Below, piece after piece: positions 1 to 18,099 of a stretch of 64,000 nt of DNA. This stretch comes from the human T2T-CHM13v2.0 reference genome, Homo sapiens. Where the stretch lies: NCBI RefSeq assembly GCF_009914755.1, contig NC_060932.1; one strand, 5' to 3'. Positions within the stretch are counted from its first letter, which is position 1. The number at the start of each line of letters is the position of its first letter. The notes beneath the pieces are model-generated. The model was given only the letters and a program-made list of their open reading frames with translations. It did no database searches and was not told where the DNA came from. Position numbers and translations under genes: made by a program.

Positions 1-2493
<2,493 letters not shown>

Positions 2494-2556
2494 TTTGATG
2501 TTAGCTGGTTATTTTGCTCATTAGTTGATGCAGTTTCTTCCTAGCATTGATGGTCT

Positions 2557-3564
2557 TTACAATTTGGCATGTTTTTGCAGTGGCTGGTACCAGTTGTTCC
2601 TTTCCATGTTTAGTGCTTCCTTCAGGAGCTCTTGCATGGCAGGCCTGGTGGTGACAAAAATCTCTCAACATTTGTTTGTCTGTAAAGGATTTTGTTTCTC
2701 CTTCATTTATGAAGCTTAGTTTGGCTGGGTATGAAATTCTGGGTTGAAAATTCTTTTCTTTAAGAATGTTGAATATCGGCCCCCACTCTCTTCTGGCTTG
2801 TGGAGTGTCTGCCAAGAGATCCGCTGTTAGTCTGATGGGCTTCCCTTTGTGGGTAACTCGACCTTTCTCTCTGGCTGCCCTTAACATTTTTTCTTCCATT
2901 TCAACCTTGGTGAATCTGACAATTATGTGTCTTGGGGTTGCTCTTCTCGAGGAGTGTCTTTGTGGCATTCTCTGTATTTCCTGAATTTGAATGTTGGGGA
3001 AGTTCTCCTGGATAATATCCTGAAGAGTGTTTTCCAACTTGGTTCCATTCTCCCCGTCACTTTCAGGTACACCAATCAGACATAGATTTGGTCTTTTCAC
3101 ATAGTCCCATATTTTTTGGAGGCATTGTTCGTTTCTTTTTACTCTTTTTTCTCTAAACTTCTCTTCTTGCTTCATTTCATTCATTTGGTCTTCAATCACT
3201 GATACCCTTTCTTCCAGTTGATTGAATCAGCTTCTGAAGCTTGTGTGTGCATCACGTAGTTCTCATGCCATGGTTTTCAGCTCCATCAGATCATGTAAGG
3301 TCTTCTCTACACTCTTTATTCTAGTTAGCCATTCGTCTAATCTTTTTTCAAGTTTTTTAGCTTCTTTGCGATGGGTTCGAACATCCTCCTTTAGCTCGGA
3401 GAAGTTTGTTGTTACGATCATCTGAAGCCTTCTTCTCTCAGTTTGTCAAAGTCATTCTCTGTCCAGCTTTGCTCTGTTGCTGGCAAGGAACTGTCTTCCT
3501 TTGGAGGAGAAGAGGCACTCTGATTTTTAGAATTTTCAGCTATTCTGCTTTGGTTTCTCCCCAT
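2557..3564 (-). pseudogene. L1 ORF1p, disrupted
   Basis: MGRNQSRIAENSK... start at 3564. IWDYVKRPNL, REKGRVTHKGKPIRLTAD and YPAKLSF motifs are split across frames. Confidence 0.93.
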
Positions 3565-4138
3565 CTTTGTGGTTTTAACTACTTTGGTCTTTGATGATGG
3601 TGATGTACCGATGGGGTTTTGGTGTGGATGTCCTTCCTGTTTGTTTGTTTTCCTTCCAACAATCAGGACCCTCAGCTGCAGGTCTGTTGGAGTTTGCTGG
3701 AGGTCCACTCCAGACCCTATTTGCCTTGGTATCATCAGCAGAGGCTGCAGAACAGCAAATACTGCAGAACGGCAAATGTTGCTGCCTGATCCTTCCTCTC
3801 AGATCTTCGTCTCAGTGGGGCACCTGGCTATATGAGGTTTCAGTCTGCCCCTACTGGGAGGTGTCTCCCAGTTAGGCTACTCGAGGGTCAGGGACCCACT
3901 TGAGGAGGCAGTCTGTCCGTTCTCAGATCTCAAACTCCGTGCTGGGAGAACCACTACTCTCTTCAAAGCTGTCAGACAGGTACGTTTAAGTCTGCAGAAA
4001 TTGGCTGCTGCCTTTTGTTCAGCTATGCCCTGCCCCCAGAGGTGGAATCTGCATAAGCAGGCAGGCCTCCTTGAGCTGTGATAGGCTCCACCCAGTTTGA
4101 ACTTCCCGGCACTTTGTTTACCTACTCAAGCCTCAGCA

Positions 4139-4306
4139 ATGGCAGACGTCCCTCCCCCAGCCTCGCTGTCGCCTTGCAGTTCGATCTCAGACTGCTGTGC
4201 TAGCATTGAGCTAGGCTCCGTGGGCATGGAACCCTCTGAGCCATGCGCGGGATATAATCTCCTGGTGTGCCATTTGCTAAGACCATTTGGAAAAGTGCAG
4301 TATTAG
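4139..4306 (+). pseudogene. L1 ORF0 homolog in the antisense-promoter region, frameshifted to 55 aa
   Basis: MADVPPPASLSPCSSISDCCAS... matches primate ORF0 (MAGAPPPASLPPCSLISDCCAS...). It ends at TAG 4304-4306, before the donors at 4331 and 4394. Confidence 0.8.
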
Positions 4307-6284
4307 GGTGGTAGTGTCCCGATTTTCTAGGTACTGTCTGTCACGGCTTCCCTTCCTAGGAAAGGGAATTCCCCGACCCCTTGCGCTTCCCGGGTGAGGC
4401 AGTGCCCCACCCTGCTTCGGCTCACACTTTGTGGGCTGCACCCACTGTCCGACAAGCCCCAGTGATATGAACCCTGTAACTCAGTTGGAAATGCAGAAAT
4501 CACCTGTCTTCTGCGTCATTCACGCTTGGAGCTGTAGACTGGAGCTGTTCCTATTCAGCCATCTTGGAACCTCCTCTCTTCTTTGTGTTTAAATACATAT
4601 TGCACAGTTAAATTTTCAAAAGCAGGTGGCCTGTAAGTTTGATCATTTGGAAATACCAGACTTTTATGCTTCCAGTTCTTGGTCTAGAAATTAATAGCAA
4701 ATTTTTTTTCCTAAATCTTAGTCTTGATCTAACCTAGAGTACTTATGAGTAAACAAGTGGTATAAAGTGGTATAATCTGTTCCTTTCTATTCTGTCTTCT
4801 GTCTCTGTTTTGCTAGCCTTCCTCCCACTCTGTACTTATGATCATTATTTGACTTTCCCAAAGGGTAGATTTTAGAAGCTGTATATGGACTCCTAGAAAT
4901 AAAGCAATTAGAATATGTTAGAAATGAATCCAGCCATGCCACTTTATTTCTATAAAATAACAATTCCAAGATAAGAATGACTTTCTCAAAGAATTGAGAA
5001 ATATTCATTCCAGTATGTATCTCTTGGTGCCTAGGATGTGCCTAGTACTTGTTGCATACTGTAGAGATTCAATAAATAGAAGAGTCAACTCCAGTCCCTT
5101 GCATCACTAAAATCTCACTGGGGAAATAGACACGTTCTACAGAAGAAACTGGGAGATAGATACTTGTGTATAATAATATAATCTAGTAACTTTTAATTTG
5201 GTTCCTCAAAAATTGAGCAATAGAAGCAGTAATTTTTTAAAAATCTATAGTGTTAACAGCTGAAGTGTAATGGAACTCATGTTCCTTCCTGTGTATATTC
5301 CATTTTGATGGAGGTGCTAATAGTTGGAGCTAGGAGTGGGGTATGTGTATTCTTTGCACTGTATGATGTGGCTTCTTTGTGAAGGGAGACCTGTGATTTT
5401 CTGAATACATGGCCTGTATCCTCTCAATGGCCAGTGAGACATTCTCGAGGGGATGGGTATCAAGCCACTCTGTGAATGTGAGTTCTTACTCCATCTGGTA
5501 GAAATCACAGTAGCATGGAAATAATACCACACTGTAATTTCCAGCAAAGAAATTTTGGACAGTTATCAGAGCCTTACTTTTTCATTCATCAAGTCAGAAT
5601 GTTGACAGTAGTCTGTCTGTCTGACAGGGTTGTTATGGGAACTAAATAAAATAATAGAAGCAAAAACTCTTAGTTTTCTAAGATTTTAAAGATGTTATAG
5701 GTATGTTAATGAGTTTTTATATGACCCTACACAGATGCCCAATTTCTGATGCTCCCTGAAGGCCATACCAACTCCTGTTACATTGTCTATTGTCAGCCAG
5801 GGACGATTTTCCATCTCTGCTAGGCCAAAGAGAAGCCAGCCAATGAGAATTAGCCTGTAGGCCTAGCAGTCTCAAGCATAGAACCACAACTGAGATCTGA
5901 AGATAGCTGGCTGATCTTAGATGGCCTCAGTGGGGCTGGCTGGCTGGATGTGCAATTTTTGTTCACTGGCTTAGCTTCCCTAATGATTGTTCCATACTGA
6001 ATCTCAGCCTGCCTCCACCTCTTCCTTCCATTCATTGGCTTCATTCTACTCTAGAGACACTGGGTTTAATCTGGGGCTCTACCTGCAAAGTAAGCATTGC
6101 TTCCAAGCCAGAACTGTTTTAGCCCTAGGTACTTGGGCTTACTTGAGGAATGAAATCCTTTGGTTAGCCAGCAACCTATAATGCCTAAACTACATGTTGT
6201 AATTTAAATCTACAGGTGGATATTTAGGAGTAGAAGTTGTCACAGGTCATGGGATGAGGAGTAAAGCTTAGTAAGTTTATTTTC

Positions 6285-6596
6285 TTATTTTGTTTTTGTT
6301 TTTTATAGAGATGGGGTCTTGCTTTGTTTTGCCCAGAGTGGAGCATAGTGGCACAATCACGGCTTACTGCAGCCTCACACTCCTGGGCTGATGTGATCCT
6401 TCCACCTCAGCCTCCTGAGTAGCTGGGACTACAGGTACATGACACTCCCATTCCCAGATAATTTTTTAAATTTTTGATAGAGAAGGGGTGTTGCTATGTT
6501 GTCTAGGCTGGTCTTGAACTCCTGGCCTCAAGCAGCCCTCCCACTTCGGCCTCCCAAAATGCTGAGATTCCAGGCATGAACCACCGCGCCCAGCCA
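6285..6596 (-). mobile_element. Alu (AluJ-like)
   Basis: Diverged Alu dimer with T-rich tail on the left. Confidence 0.9.
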
Positions 6597-7549
6597 GCAT
6601 AGTAAATATAAATTAAGGTGTTTTTATGTCCCCACTTTGCTACTTTTTGCTTTCTGATTTCAAAGGACACACCCTTAAGTATGAACAGGTTGTTTCCCAA
6701 AAGTTCTTTGCTTAGAACTTAGACTGCATTTTCCCAGAGAGCAGCAGTGGAAATCATAGCTGCATTCCCAGGCCAGCCCCCAAAAGTCTGTTTTATACTA
6801 ATGCATTATAACATTTTACTGATAATGAGACTTCGGCTCCTCATAGCCACATTTATAATATTATTTCTCTGAGAAAAATAATTTTGAGTCAAGTTCAGAT
6901 ACTGTGGAAGTATGCCTCCATGAAGTGGAGAGAAGGAGAAGATGGAAAAAAGGGGGTGACCTTTGGGTAGTCAATGCGGCAGGCGTATCTGAATAAATTA
7001 GAAAAATATTCCTGAACCCTAGGAACCTACGTCTTGATGCTGTCTTAGAGAAGGCGCCTGTCCAGGCCAGTTGCTGCACCTCTGTTCTGAACTGATAACA
7101 AGAAGGGCAGTTGCAGGGAGATTATGAGCGTCATATGGCAAAGTCTTTCATGCTAATCTGTGTACCTTTTTGGTTATGTCCTAAACTGTTTGCAAGTCAG
7201 AAACTGATTATATAATATTTGGTGTATGTATTTCTTATTTTTAAAAAACATGCTAAGCTATGTCATTGTTACTGTATTAAAGTGTGAATAACCTGGAGGG
7301 CAAAAACAGGTGTTGGCTGAACCCTTCCTACACAGCCTGAAGACCACACTATGGTTGGCTATCTCTTAAATACTTAAATAATGTTGTTGGCCAACATTAT
7401 GTATAAGTAGACTCATCTCATTTCTAAGTTCATGAACCTTTGGTATATCACTAAAGACAATTAAGACCTTTTGAGATACGCACAAGACTTTTGTGCTCTT
7501 TAATTTATTTAAGGAAGACAGTTTTCTACTTTAATGCTTCTGTGTAGAA

Positions 7550-8040
7550 ATGGGCTTTACTGTTATTCACAATAGCAGCGACCTGGAATCAGCCTGGGTG
7601 CCCTATAGCAGTGGACTAGATTAAAAAAAATGTGGTACATACACACCATGGAATACTTTGCAGCCATAAAAAATGAAATCGATGGCCTTTGCAGGAACAT
7701 GGATGCAGCTGGAGGCCATTATTCTAAGTGAATTAACGCAGAAACACAACCAAACACCACATTTAATCACTTGTTAGTAGAAGCTAACTACTGGGTACAC
7801 ATGTACATAAAGATAGGAATAATGGACACTGGAAACCCCAAAAGAGGGGAGGGAGGGAGCAGGGCAAGGTTGAAAAACTACTTACTTGGTACTATGTTCA
7901 CTGTTGAGGTGACAGCATCAGTAGAAGCCCAAACATCAGCATCATGCAATGTGCTCATTTAACAAACCTGCATGTGTATCCCTTAAATCTAAAATAAAAT
8001 AAAGAATCTAAAATAAAATAAAATTTGTTTTAAAAAAGAA
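7550..8040 (+). mobile_element. Old L1 3' end (L1PB/L1MA type)
   Basis: ORF2 C-terminal and 3'UTR motifs (atgtggtacatacacaccatggaatac, acaaacctgcatgtgtatcc) followed by an A-rich tail. Confidence 0.85.
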
Positions 8041-8309
8041 AACAGCCAGGTTGGGTACACTGTTATATAGTAGTTCTAATGTATTTTTTTAAACAGAGCT
8101 CTTTTCTTGAGCTTTGATAGGAATATTTATATCATATAAATATAAATCATATATCTTGAGTCTTTTTGTAGCTCTGATTGAACACAAATTATTTGCCCCC
8201 AAAGAGGATAGGTTCTGCAGTGTTCCAGCAAGATGCCAGTAGATAATGGGTAAGTTAAGGTTACACTCAGCATTTGTGAATGGTGATTGTCTTCACAAAC
8301 CCTGGATAA

Positions 8310-8689
<380 letters not shown>

Positions 8690-11600
8690 TGAAATAAGGC
8701 AGTGATGGATCTTGTGCTGTATCTGGCCCTTATCTGTAGATTTTAACATCCTTTGTGGTTGCTGGTTTTAGTCTTCGAAGAATGTTTGCTCTTGTTTCAT
8801 TTCTCTAGTTTGTCACTAGTTCATTTTGGAGTGTTCCTTTAAACAGTCAACTGTATAATATAAAAGGAAAATAAAAACACTTTAGTTATACAGAGGTTAA
8901 AAAACTCACTTGCATAAATAGTGGACATTTTAAAGTAATATACTAACAATTGGAATAATAACAATTCAGTACTGAACAAATGTGTTACATTTAACCATCC
9001 ATAAGTATATACCAGTGTGCCCTCTGACTAAAGCTGCTGTACCCTGCCTGGCTGTTACTGTCTTCCTTACATATGTGTGTTCCATTGGAAACAGAAGGTT
9101 TGCACAGTCCAGTTGACCAGATTGGAACACACAAGTGTCCCCCTTCCTCAGCCTCTGACCCCCTCCCCTGTGAGCTGGTCATCCAGTTACCCAGGCCTTT
9201 GCTTGCCTGTCTGCAAGTTCCATGGCAGCATAAAGAAACAATTGTATGTTCGTCTTTGTAGGGGTGATCCTGATAATTCGTGGGGCCTTTTTTAAATGCA
9301 AGTGTTGTTGAGAAGACAGGAGTCTCAGGTATGGCTTGACCCAGAAGTGTCCCCTATGCCTGTTGGAGTGGGTTTAAAGATGAGAACAAGGGGCAGTAGC
9401 ATGTGGTACCATGTTCCTTGCTTCCTTTGTGAAGAACATGAAGTGAAATAAATTATGAAATAATTGGTAGGAAAGACTCTATGTGATTGCATCTTGTATC
9501 TTCCATTACCCAAATCCAAGTTTTCTCTTTCTGAGCAGGTTGACTTTAACAAACACAAACAGAAACTGATTGTTGGTCTCGCTTTTAAGTAATTTGTGAA
9601 AGACGACCTGCTGATAAGAATAACATTAACATAATGTTATCTGTTTAAAGTGAAATTCTTATTCCCTTTGGGAAAACAGACATAGATACCCTAAAATGGT
9701 AAAATTTCCTTGCTTATGTTGATAGGCCACACCTGACAGGTGTGCTTACATTGACAAGCCATACATCTTATCAAAAGTGGTCATTTTGTTGGCTGAACTA
9801 AAGAGCATTTCATCATTTTCCCTGATATTAACTCTTTGACTATGAGATGCAACTGTCAGTGTGAAACTTGGCATTTGCCCAGCTCTTCTGATAGGAATGG
9901 CTGTTCTCTCACCTTGTGGGATATTTTTACAATCTTGACTCTCTTTTCCAATATCACTTTCACATATAGTGCTGGTAGGCCAAGGGAAGACTTCTCCTCT
10001 CCACTGTACAGATTCTTGGGCCCAGCATCTTTTCTGGAATCCCCAAACTAGTCCCTCACCAGCTCCATCCTTGTGTCTTTGAGTACTGGGTAGCCTGGTG
10101 TGCCCTTTTCCCTTCGTCCCGCCTGCAGCTGTCCTCTTGCAGCTGGCTGTTGCTTCAAGTCCTCAGTTCCCTGAAAAGCCTTCCAGTTTCTGCTTATAAG
10201 TTCAGACTGTAGAAGCACTCCACCAGAATCTCCTGGGTTTGCTCAGGTACAAAAGTTCCAGAAACCCAGTGTGACTGCTTTTACATGTTCCCACAGAATT
10301 ACATGTTCATTGTGCCTGTCTGGCTGATGATGATTTTTTCTTCTTTTACTTTTTTTATTTTTCTAAGTTATCTATAATGGCCATTTATGACTTTCATAAT
10401 CAGAAAATACTTCTTTTGCCTTGCTGTTCTCCTATCCTTCCTTTATATGGATCGTAGGGTGATCTAGCCATTTTTAAGTCCATAGAGACTCCCACATTTT
10501 GCCACTTTAAGAGTTAGCATCTGTGTGTATTTTCCTCCAAAGACATACACAATTCACTTTAAATGGTCCCTTCTGTGCTCTGCTGCACAATGAAACTGTT
10601 TCATTCTTCGGTGACCCCAGGGCCTCCTTTCTGGGTGTAGCGTTAGATTACCTAAAGCAGAGGTAGTTCACACCTAGCTTCTTCATTCCAGTTTGCCAGG
10701 TTGTCAGCTTCCTCAGCTTCAAACTTGTGGTAATAATAGCATCTCCTTCACAGAGCCACCAGGATGCTCCACTGGATAAAGCAGCAGAGTGCCTGGCACA
10801 ATGCCTGCCATCGAACATGAGTGGCCTAACATTTTTGCTGTTGTTTTAATGACTTAATGACTTCCTCCATGGCGCATATGTTCAAGTGAGACCCAGGTTG
10901 TACTGCCAGAGTCTATGAAGTATCATGTCTGTGTGGCAGCATAGCAGGTAGAAAAGTATTTCTCAATTAGAGTATTGTATTTCTTTTGGAGTTTCCACCT
11001 GGAGTCTCCAAGCAGAACTGATTTAACATTTAATCCCAAACCTGTTCAGTACCTTGCTCATTTGCTTCTTCCTCTGAACTGTGTCCCCTTAAGCCAGGCT
11101 TCAGGACGCCTCCCTCAACCACTTGAAGAAGCTGCCAGCAGCCTCTCTACACTGTGTCCAGATTTCACATACTTTTCTCAGCCCGCTGCAGTTGATCTTT
11201 AGCTGCTACTTCTCTGCTGAGATTGGCTGCTCAGCAGTCAGTCTCTGATCAACTGACTTTTAAATCCATTGGCTTTTTCCAGCTTGCATCCTTTTTGCCT
11301 CCTCTGTACCTTTGCCATTTCTGACTTGCTAGTCTAGCTGCAGTGCCCACCCCTGCCCCTCCTGGGATCCTCCCCCATCTCCCTCTGGCAGCTTTCTCAC
11401 CCTCTTCCCTGGGTCCCTTGTACCATCTCTCCCACTAGCTGCCCTTCTTATGCCCATCCTATACGTAAGGGTTACTATGGGTCGACATATAGCCTTGTAT
11501 AACATGTACGGTAACTGACACATTATATCTCGTACACTGATACAAAGAAGTGGTTTTGAAATAATACTGAGAAGTGGAATACTGAATTTTGTTTGTAAAG

Positions 11601-12767
11601 CATGACTACAAACCACAAAATATGTTCAAAGAAAGAGGTGAGGGAATTACACAAGTGTTCGGCTGTCTGCCTTGTGATTTTTTCCTCCTTTTCCAATCTT
11701 TCCAAGTTTTTATAATGTTCACTTCTTTTATAACCAGAAAAAGATTTGTTTCTCTTGTCTCTTTTATGCTTCCTTTATATGTATCTTAGAGTGATCACAT
11801 CCACTTATAATAATTTCACCTAGTTAACAGCTATAGCCCTAGGCGTGATTTTCTTCTCCTCTTGCCATTTGGCATTATATAATGTAGATTTCCCCATTCC
11901 TTGGATGGTATTTGTGACCATCTTATTGATGTCATAACATTTCATTGGTTTAAAAAGGTATCTAATTTTAAATAGTTTTTGTTGATTTTAATATTACCTG
12001 TGTAACAGTTGGTCAGTGGTGGAGGTTGTGAATTCTCAGTTTTGAGGCTGAGGACATCAGAGTCCTTGGTTTCCTTCAGGGGTGAAATGAGAACAATGGA
12101 CATGCTCTGGGGCACCGGACAGGGCATTGTCTGAAGGGCTTGCCTGGTCTTTGTGAAAGGATTTCTCTCTCCTCTGCACCCTCGGCCCCCATGGAGGCAA
12201 GGTTCACTGGTAGGACCAAACACACAGGGCGCTCCACCTCAAAGTCAGCGGAGAAAAGCTGAGAGATGTCATTGTCACCTGAGGTGACTGCCTTTGCTGA
12301 CGCTGTTGCTGCTGGGTGTCAGAAGGCTGAAGACTGCGCGCAGTCCAGAATCAGCTGCCCTTGTGGTTGCCGCTGTTTCATTTTGGCAGCAAAGGACTTA
12401 GCTTTCCCCATTTGTGAATGTGTATAGATTTGTTTAAAGTTATAGGGTGTGGGAAGAAGGGAAGAGAACAGGGAAGAGACTTATTCCTACTCCTGTGCCA
12501 CTGTCCCACCCTTCATCCCCGCCAAACTTCACCCCTCCAGCTTCTCTTACTCATCCAGCCTGAATGCACGTTCAGTCTAGCCTTTATCTCTCTCTTGAGA
12601 AAGTTGCTGAATGAAGGCTAGAAAGAATTTCTTAACTCTGTTTTGATATATGACAATTTTTTTTGGCAAATATGCTTCCCAGTATTTAGAATCACTGGGC
12701 TAATTAGAAACAGTACTTTACTCTTTTCTCTTTTTTTTTTTTTTTTGTCAATGAAGGAAAGAAATAA

Positions 12768-13167
<400 letters not shown>

Positions 13168-13719
13168 CACATGGGCCCTCTTGAAACCCAAATCTGTGGG
13201 ATTCCAAATCCCATGTTCTCCACTTGGCCACATCACTTGTCACTGTGCCTCAGGTTGTCATGTACCATTGTGCCCCTATCGACTGTCACATGCGAGGATA
13301 AGCCTGGCTAGGTGCTAGTGGTTAAGAAAATAAGACTTAGAATCTGCAAGGGTCCAGATCGTTGGCATGCTATCAGCTTGGTAAGAATACTCCTAAAGAT
13401 GGAACTGCTCATTGTCTCTAAGGTGATCTAAATTTTATTCTAATTCTGGGAGAAACTGGGCAAGTTTTCAGAAGTTTTTAAGTCAGGTATTTGAGTTATA
13501 GGACATCTGTGTGGGATTAATACCTATGAATAATTTTTTAGTTGCTCTTGTTGGAAGTAAGAGAGAGGAAATGTCTATTTAACACAATATCTGACCAGTC
13601 TTTCAGCTACTTGATTACTTTCCTGTTCAGTCTGAGGTTAAATGTCTTTTGATGTAGTAAAACTTATAAAGTGTGAAGAAGAACTTAAATCCCTTTCCTT
13701 ATACTTAGCCATTATTTAG

Positions 13720-14068
<349 letters not shown>

Positions 14069-14090
14069 TTTTTACAGAATTTAGTAGTTA

Positions 14091-14398
<308 letters not shown>

Positions 14399-14657
14399 TC
14401 AGTAGTTAAGGAAATTTTCATCATTCATTATTACACTGCGCTTTTCTTTAAAAGTAGACTAGTTTTAAAAATAAAATAGTTTGATATATATAATACATCA
14501 TTTCATCATTTTTCAGATAAACCTACTAAAAATATTTCCTTGTTCAACTTGAGCTTATTATTTTGCAGTTCCTTATTGCAAGAAGTATCAAGCAAAACTG
14601 GGCACAGATTTATTTTATTTTAGGCTTATTGCCTTTGTGTAAAAGAAATTCATTGAC

Positions 14658-14950
14658 GGCCAGGCACACTCGCTCATGCCTGTAATGCCAGCACTTTGGG
14701 AGGCTGAGGCGGGCAGATCACCTGAGGTCAGTAGTTCAAGACCAGCCTGACCAACATGGAGAAACCCCATCTTTACTAAAAATACAAAATTAGCTGGGTG
14801 TGGTGGCACATGCCTGTAATCCCAGCTGCTTGGGAGGCCGAGGCAGAAGAATAGCTTGAACCTGGGAGGCAGAGGTTGCGGTGAACCAAGATCACGCCAT
14901 TGCACTCCAGCCTGGACAAGAAGGGTGAAATTCCGTCTCAAAAAGAAAGA
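14658..14950 (+). mobile_element. AluS (Sp-like)
   Basis: Alu dimer; ccaacatggagaaaccc. Confidence 0.9.
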
Positions 14951-15598
14951 GGAGAAGAGAGAAGAGAGAGAAATTGAAGAAGGCTGACTTCCTGTTTGGG
15001 GGACATGCATGCATTGGGCAGTAAAGAGAAGCAACATTGAGTTAGAGTACAGAGTGATGTTTACACTGAGTTCTAAAGTATATCTAAGGAAATTCTTTTT
15101 ATTTTAACATTTTAAAAGTGAAAATAAAGAACCTTGTACCATTCTAGGCTTTTAGAAACATTTTAAATAAGTTTAAATATTACCATTAAAATTTTATTTC
15201 TGTGGAATTCTTACAGATATGATACAGAAAAAAATAGTTTATACCTTTTAAAAATGTAAAATATCCCTAATTATCCCACTATTATATTTAATACAACTAC
15301 AAATATTTAAAAATATTTTATAGTCTTTACTCATTTGTATTCTTTTTTTATTGTTGCAATTAAATTAGCCATGCCATTTTACATTATGCTTTTTTACTTA
15401 ATATTTTATTAAACATTTATGCATGATTATATAGTCCTTATATACTATTCAAATATTTACATAATATTTCTTCATTTGCTGTCTCAAATTATTTAAACAA
15501 TCCCATATTGTTTAACCTATATTAACAAGATTTTGATATTAAAGGTTTAAAAATAGAAAAAATAAGACAACAAAGGGGACATTCTACTATGTGGCTGA

Positions 15599-16024
<426 letters not shown>

Positions 16025-16820
16025 ATTTTTTTCTTTCTTAAACTTGAAATTTTTTCCCTCCTAACCTTAAATGATTTGTCTGAAATTCCATATTCAGTCA
16101 CAGGTACAGATCTACTTCCCTTTTCTTCCAGTTGGCTAATAATGCAGCTTTAAGTGAGTAGTCATAGAATTGTAGGACTAGAAAGGACTTATAAAGTCCA
16201 GCTTCTTGCCTCCAGACAGTAGGGATACTCAGTCACTGAGTATCTTTTTTTATTTTTGAAGTTCTCCTGGGAAAGAGATTTCATAACTCTATCTGGAAGC
16301 ACTGTTACTTTTTTATTTTTTTTATTTTTTGAGAAGGAGCCTCGCTCTGTCGCACAGGCTAGAGTGCAGTGACATGTAAATCAATCTTAAATGACATTTA
16401 CTATAGTTTGAGCTCCTTTCACTCAGTCAGTAGTTACTGATCACCTGCTATGTGCAGGACACAACATTAGGCACCGAGAAGTACACAAATCAAGGTTTCA
16501 GTCCCAAAGAACAGGTGAGCCTCTTGTGGGGATTGAATGGCCTTGAATATCACTTTAAAATCTTTGGACTTTATTCTGAGCCATCACAGATATCTTAGTG
16601 TAGATGTGATACTGTGGAAGTGATATTTTAAGTAGAATTAATGTGTGGTTCTGGGAAGCAAGGTTTTATTTATCATTCATTCAGCAAATATTTGGTCAAA
16701 CTCTAATATATATAAGTCATCAGGTTAAGGAATATGGAACAGATAAATAACTAGAAAACACAATTTGTTCTCTGGTTGGAAGATTTTAAATATGCAAGTA
16801 CATAAGTAATCACAGTATAA

Positions 16821-17257
<437 letters not shown>

Positions 17258-17466
17258 TGAAGAATGTGAATTCTGGACTCTGCCATTGCATTCAAAGATC
17301 CTGCTACTAGAAAAACATTTTCATTCAGACTCCAAAAGCTCAGTTACTCAGAGAAGTGAGGTTAGTATGGTAGGAAGGGGCTGGCAATTAGGAGACAAAC
17401 TTATCATCAGTGCTTTGCCATTAACAGACCGTATGTGTGACCTTTGGACAGTGCACTAACTTGAAC

Positions 17467-17794
17467 TTTTGTTTTCTTCTTTTCTTTTCTTTTCTTTTTC
17501 TTTTTTTTTTTTTTTTTTTTTTGAGACAGAGTCTTGCTTTGTCACCCAGGCTGAAGTGCAGAGGCATAATCACAGCTCACTGCAGCCTTGACTTCCTGGG
17601 CTCAAGCATCCTCCTGCCTCAGCCTCCCAAGTAGCTGGGACCATAGGCATGTGCCACCACACCTAGAAATGTTTAAATAATTTTTATGTAGAGATGGCGG
17701 TCTCATACTGGCTTTGAACTCCTGGGCTCAAGCAAACCTCCCCGCCAGCCTCCCAGAGTTCTGGGATTACAGGCATGAGACATCACTCCTGGCC
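17467..17794 (-). mobile_element. AluJ-like
   Basis: Diverged Alu dimer. Confidence 0.88.
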
Positions 17795-17879
17795 TATTTT
17801 CTTATTTTCAAAATGTATAACATGCCTTGATGATTTTTTAAGGCATTTTCCCACTTTATAGAAATATATATTAATATAT

Positions 17880-18092
17880 GGAGAGTTTGGTAGTTACGAG
17901 CATGAATCTACCTTGTTTGTGTCCTGGATCAACCATTCCTCATCTCTTTGATTAGGCTCATTAATCTACCTCGGTTTATCTGTAAAATGGAGATCTTCGT
18001 AATACACTTCTTTATAGGGCCAATATGAAGATGAAAAGTGTTAGAACAATACTTGGCACAGACTAAGTACTCAGTAAATATTAGTTGTTATT
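17880..18092 (+). mobile_element. MIR relic
   Basis: Core tctgtaaaatggagat and 3' ttggcacagactaagtactcagtaaatattagtt. Confidence 0.65.
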
Positions 18093-18099
18093 GGAATGG

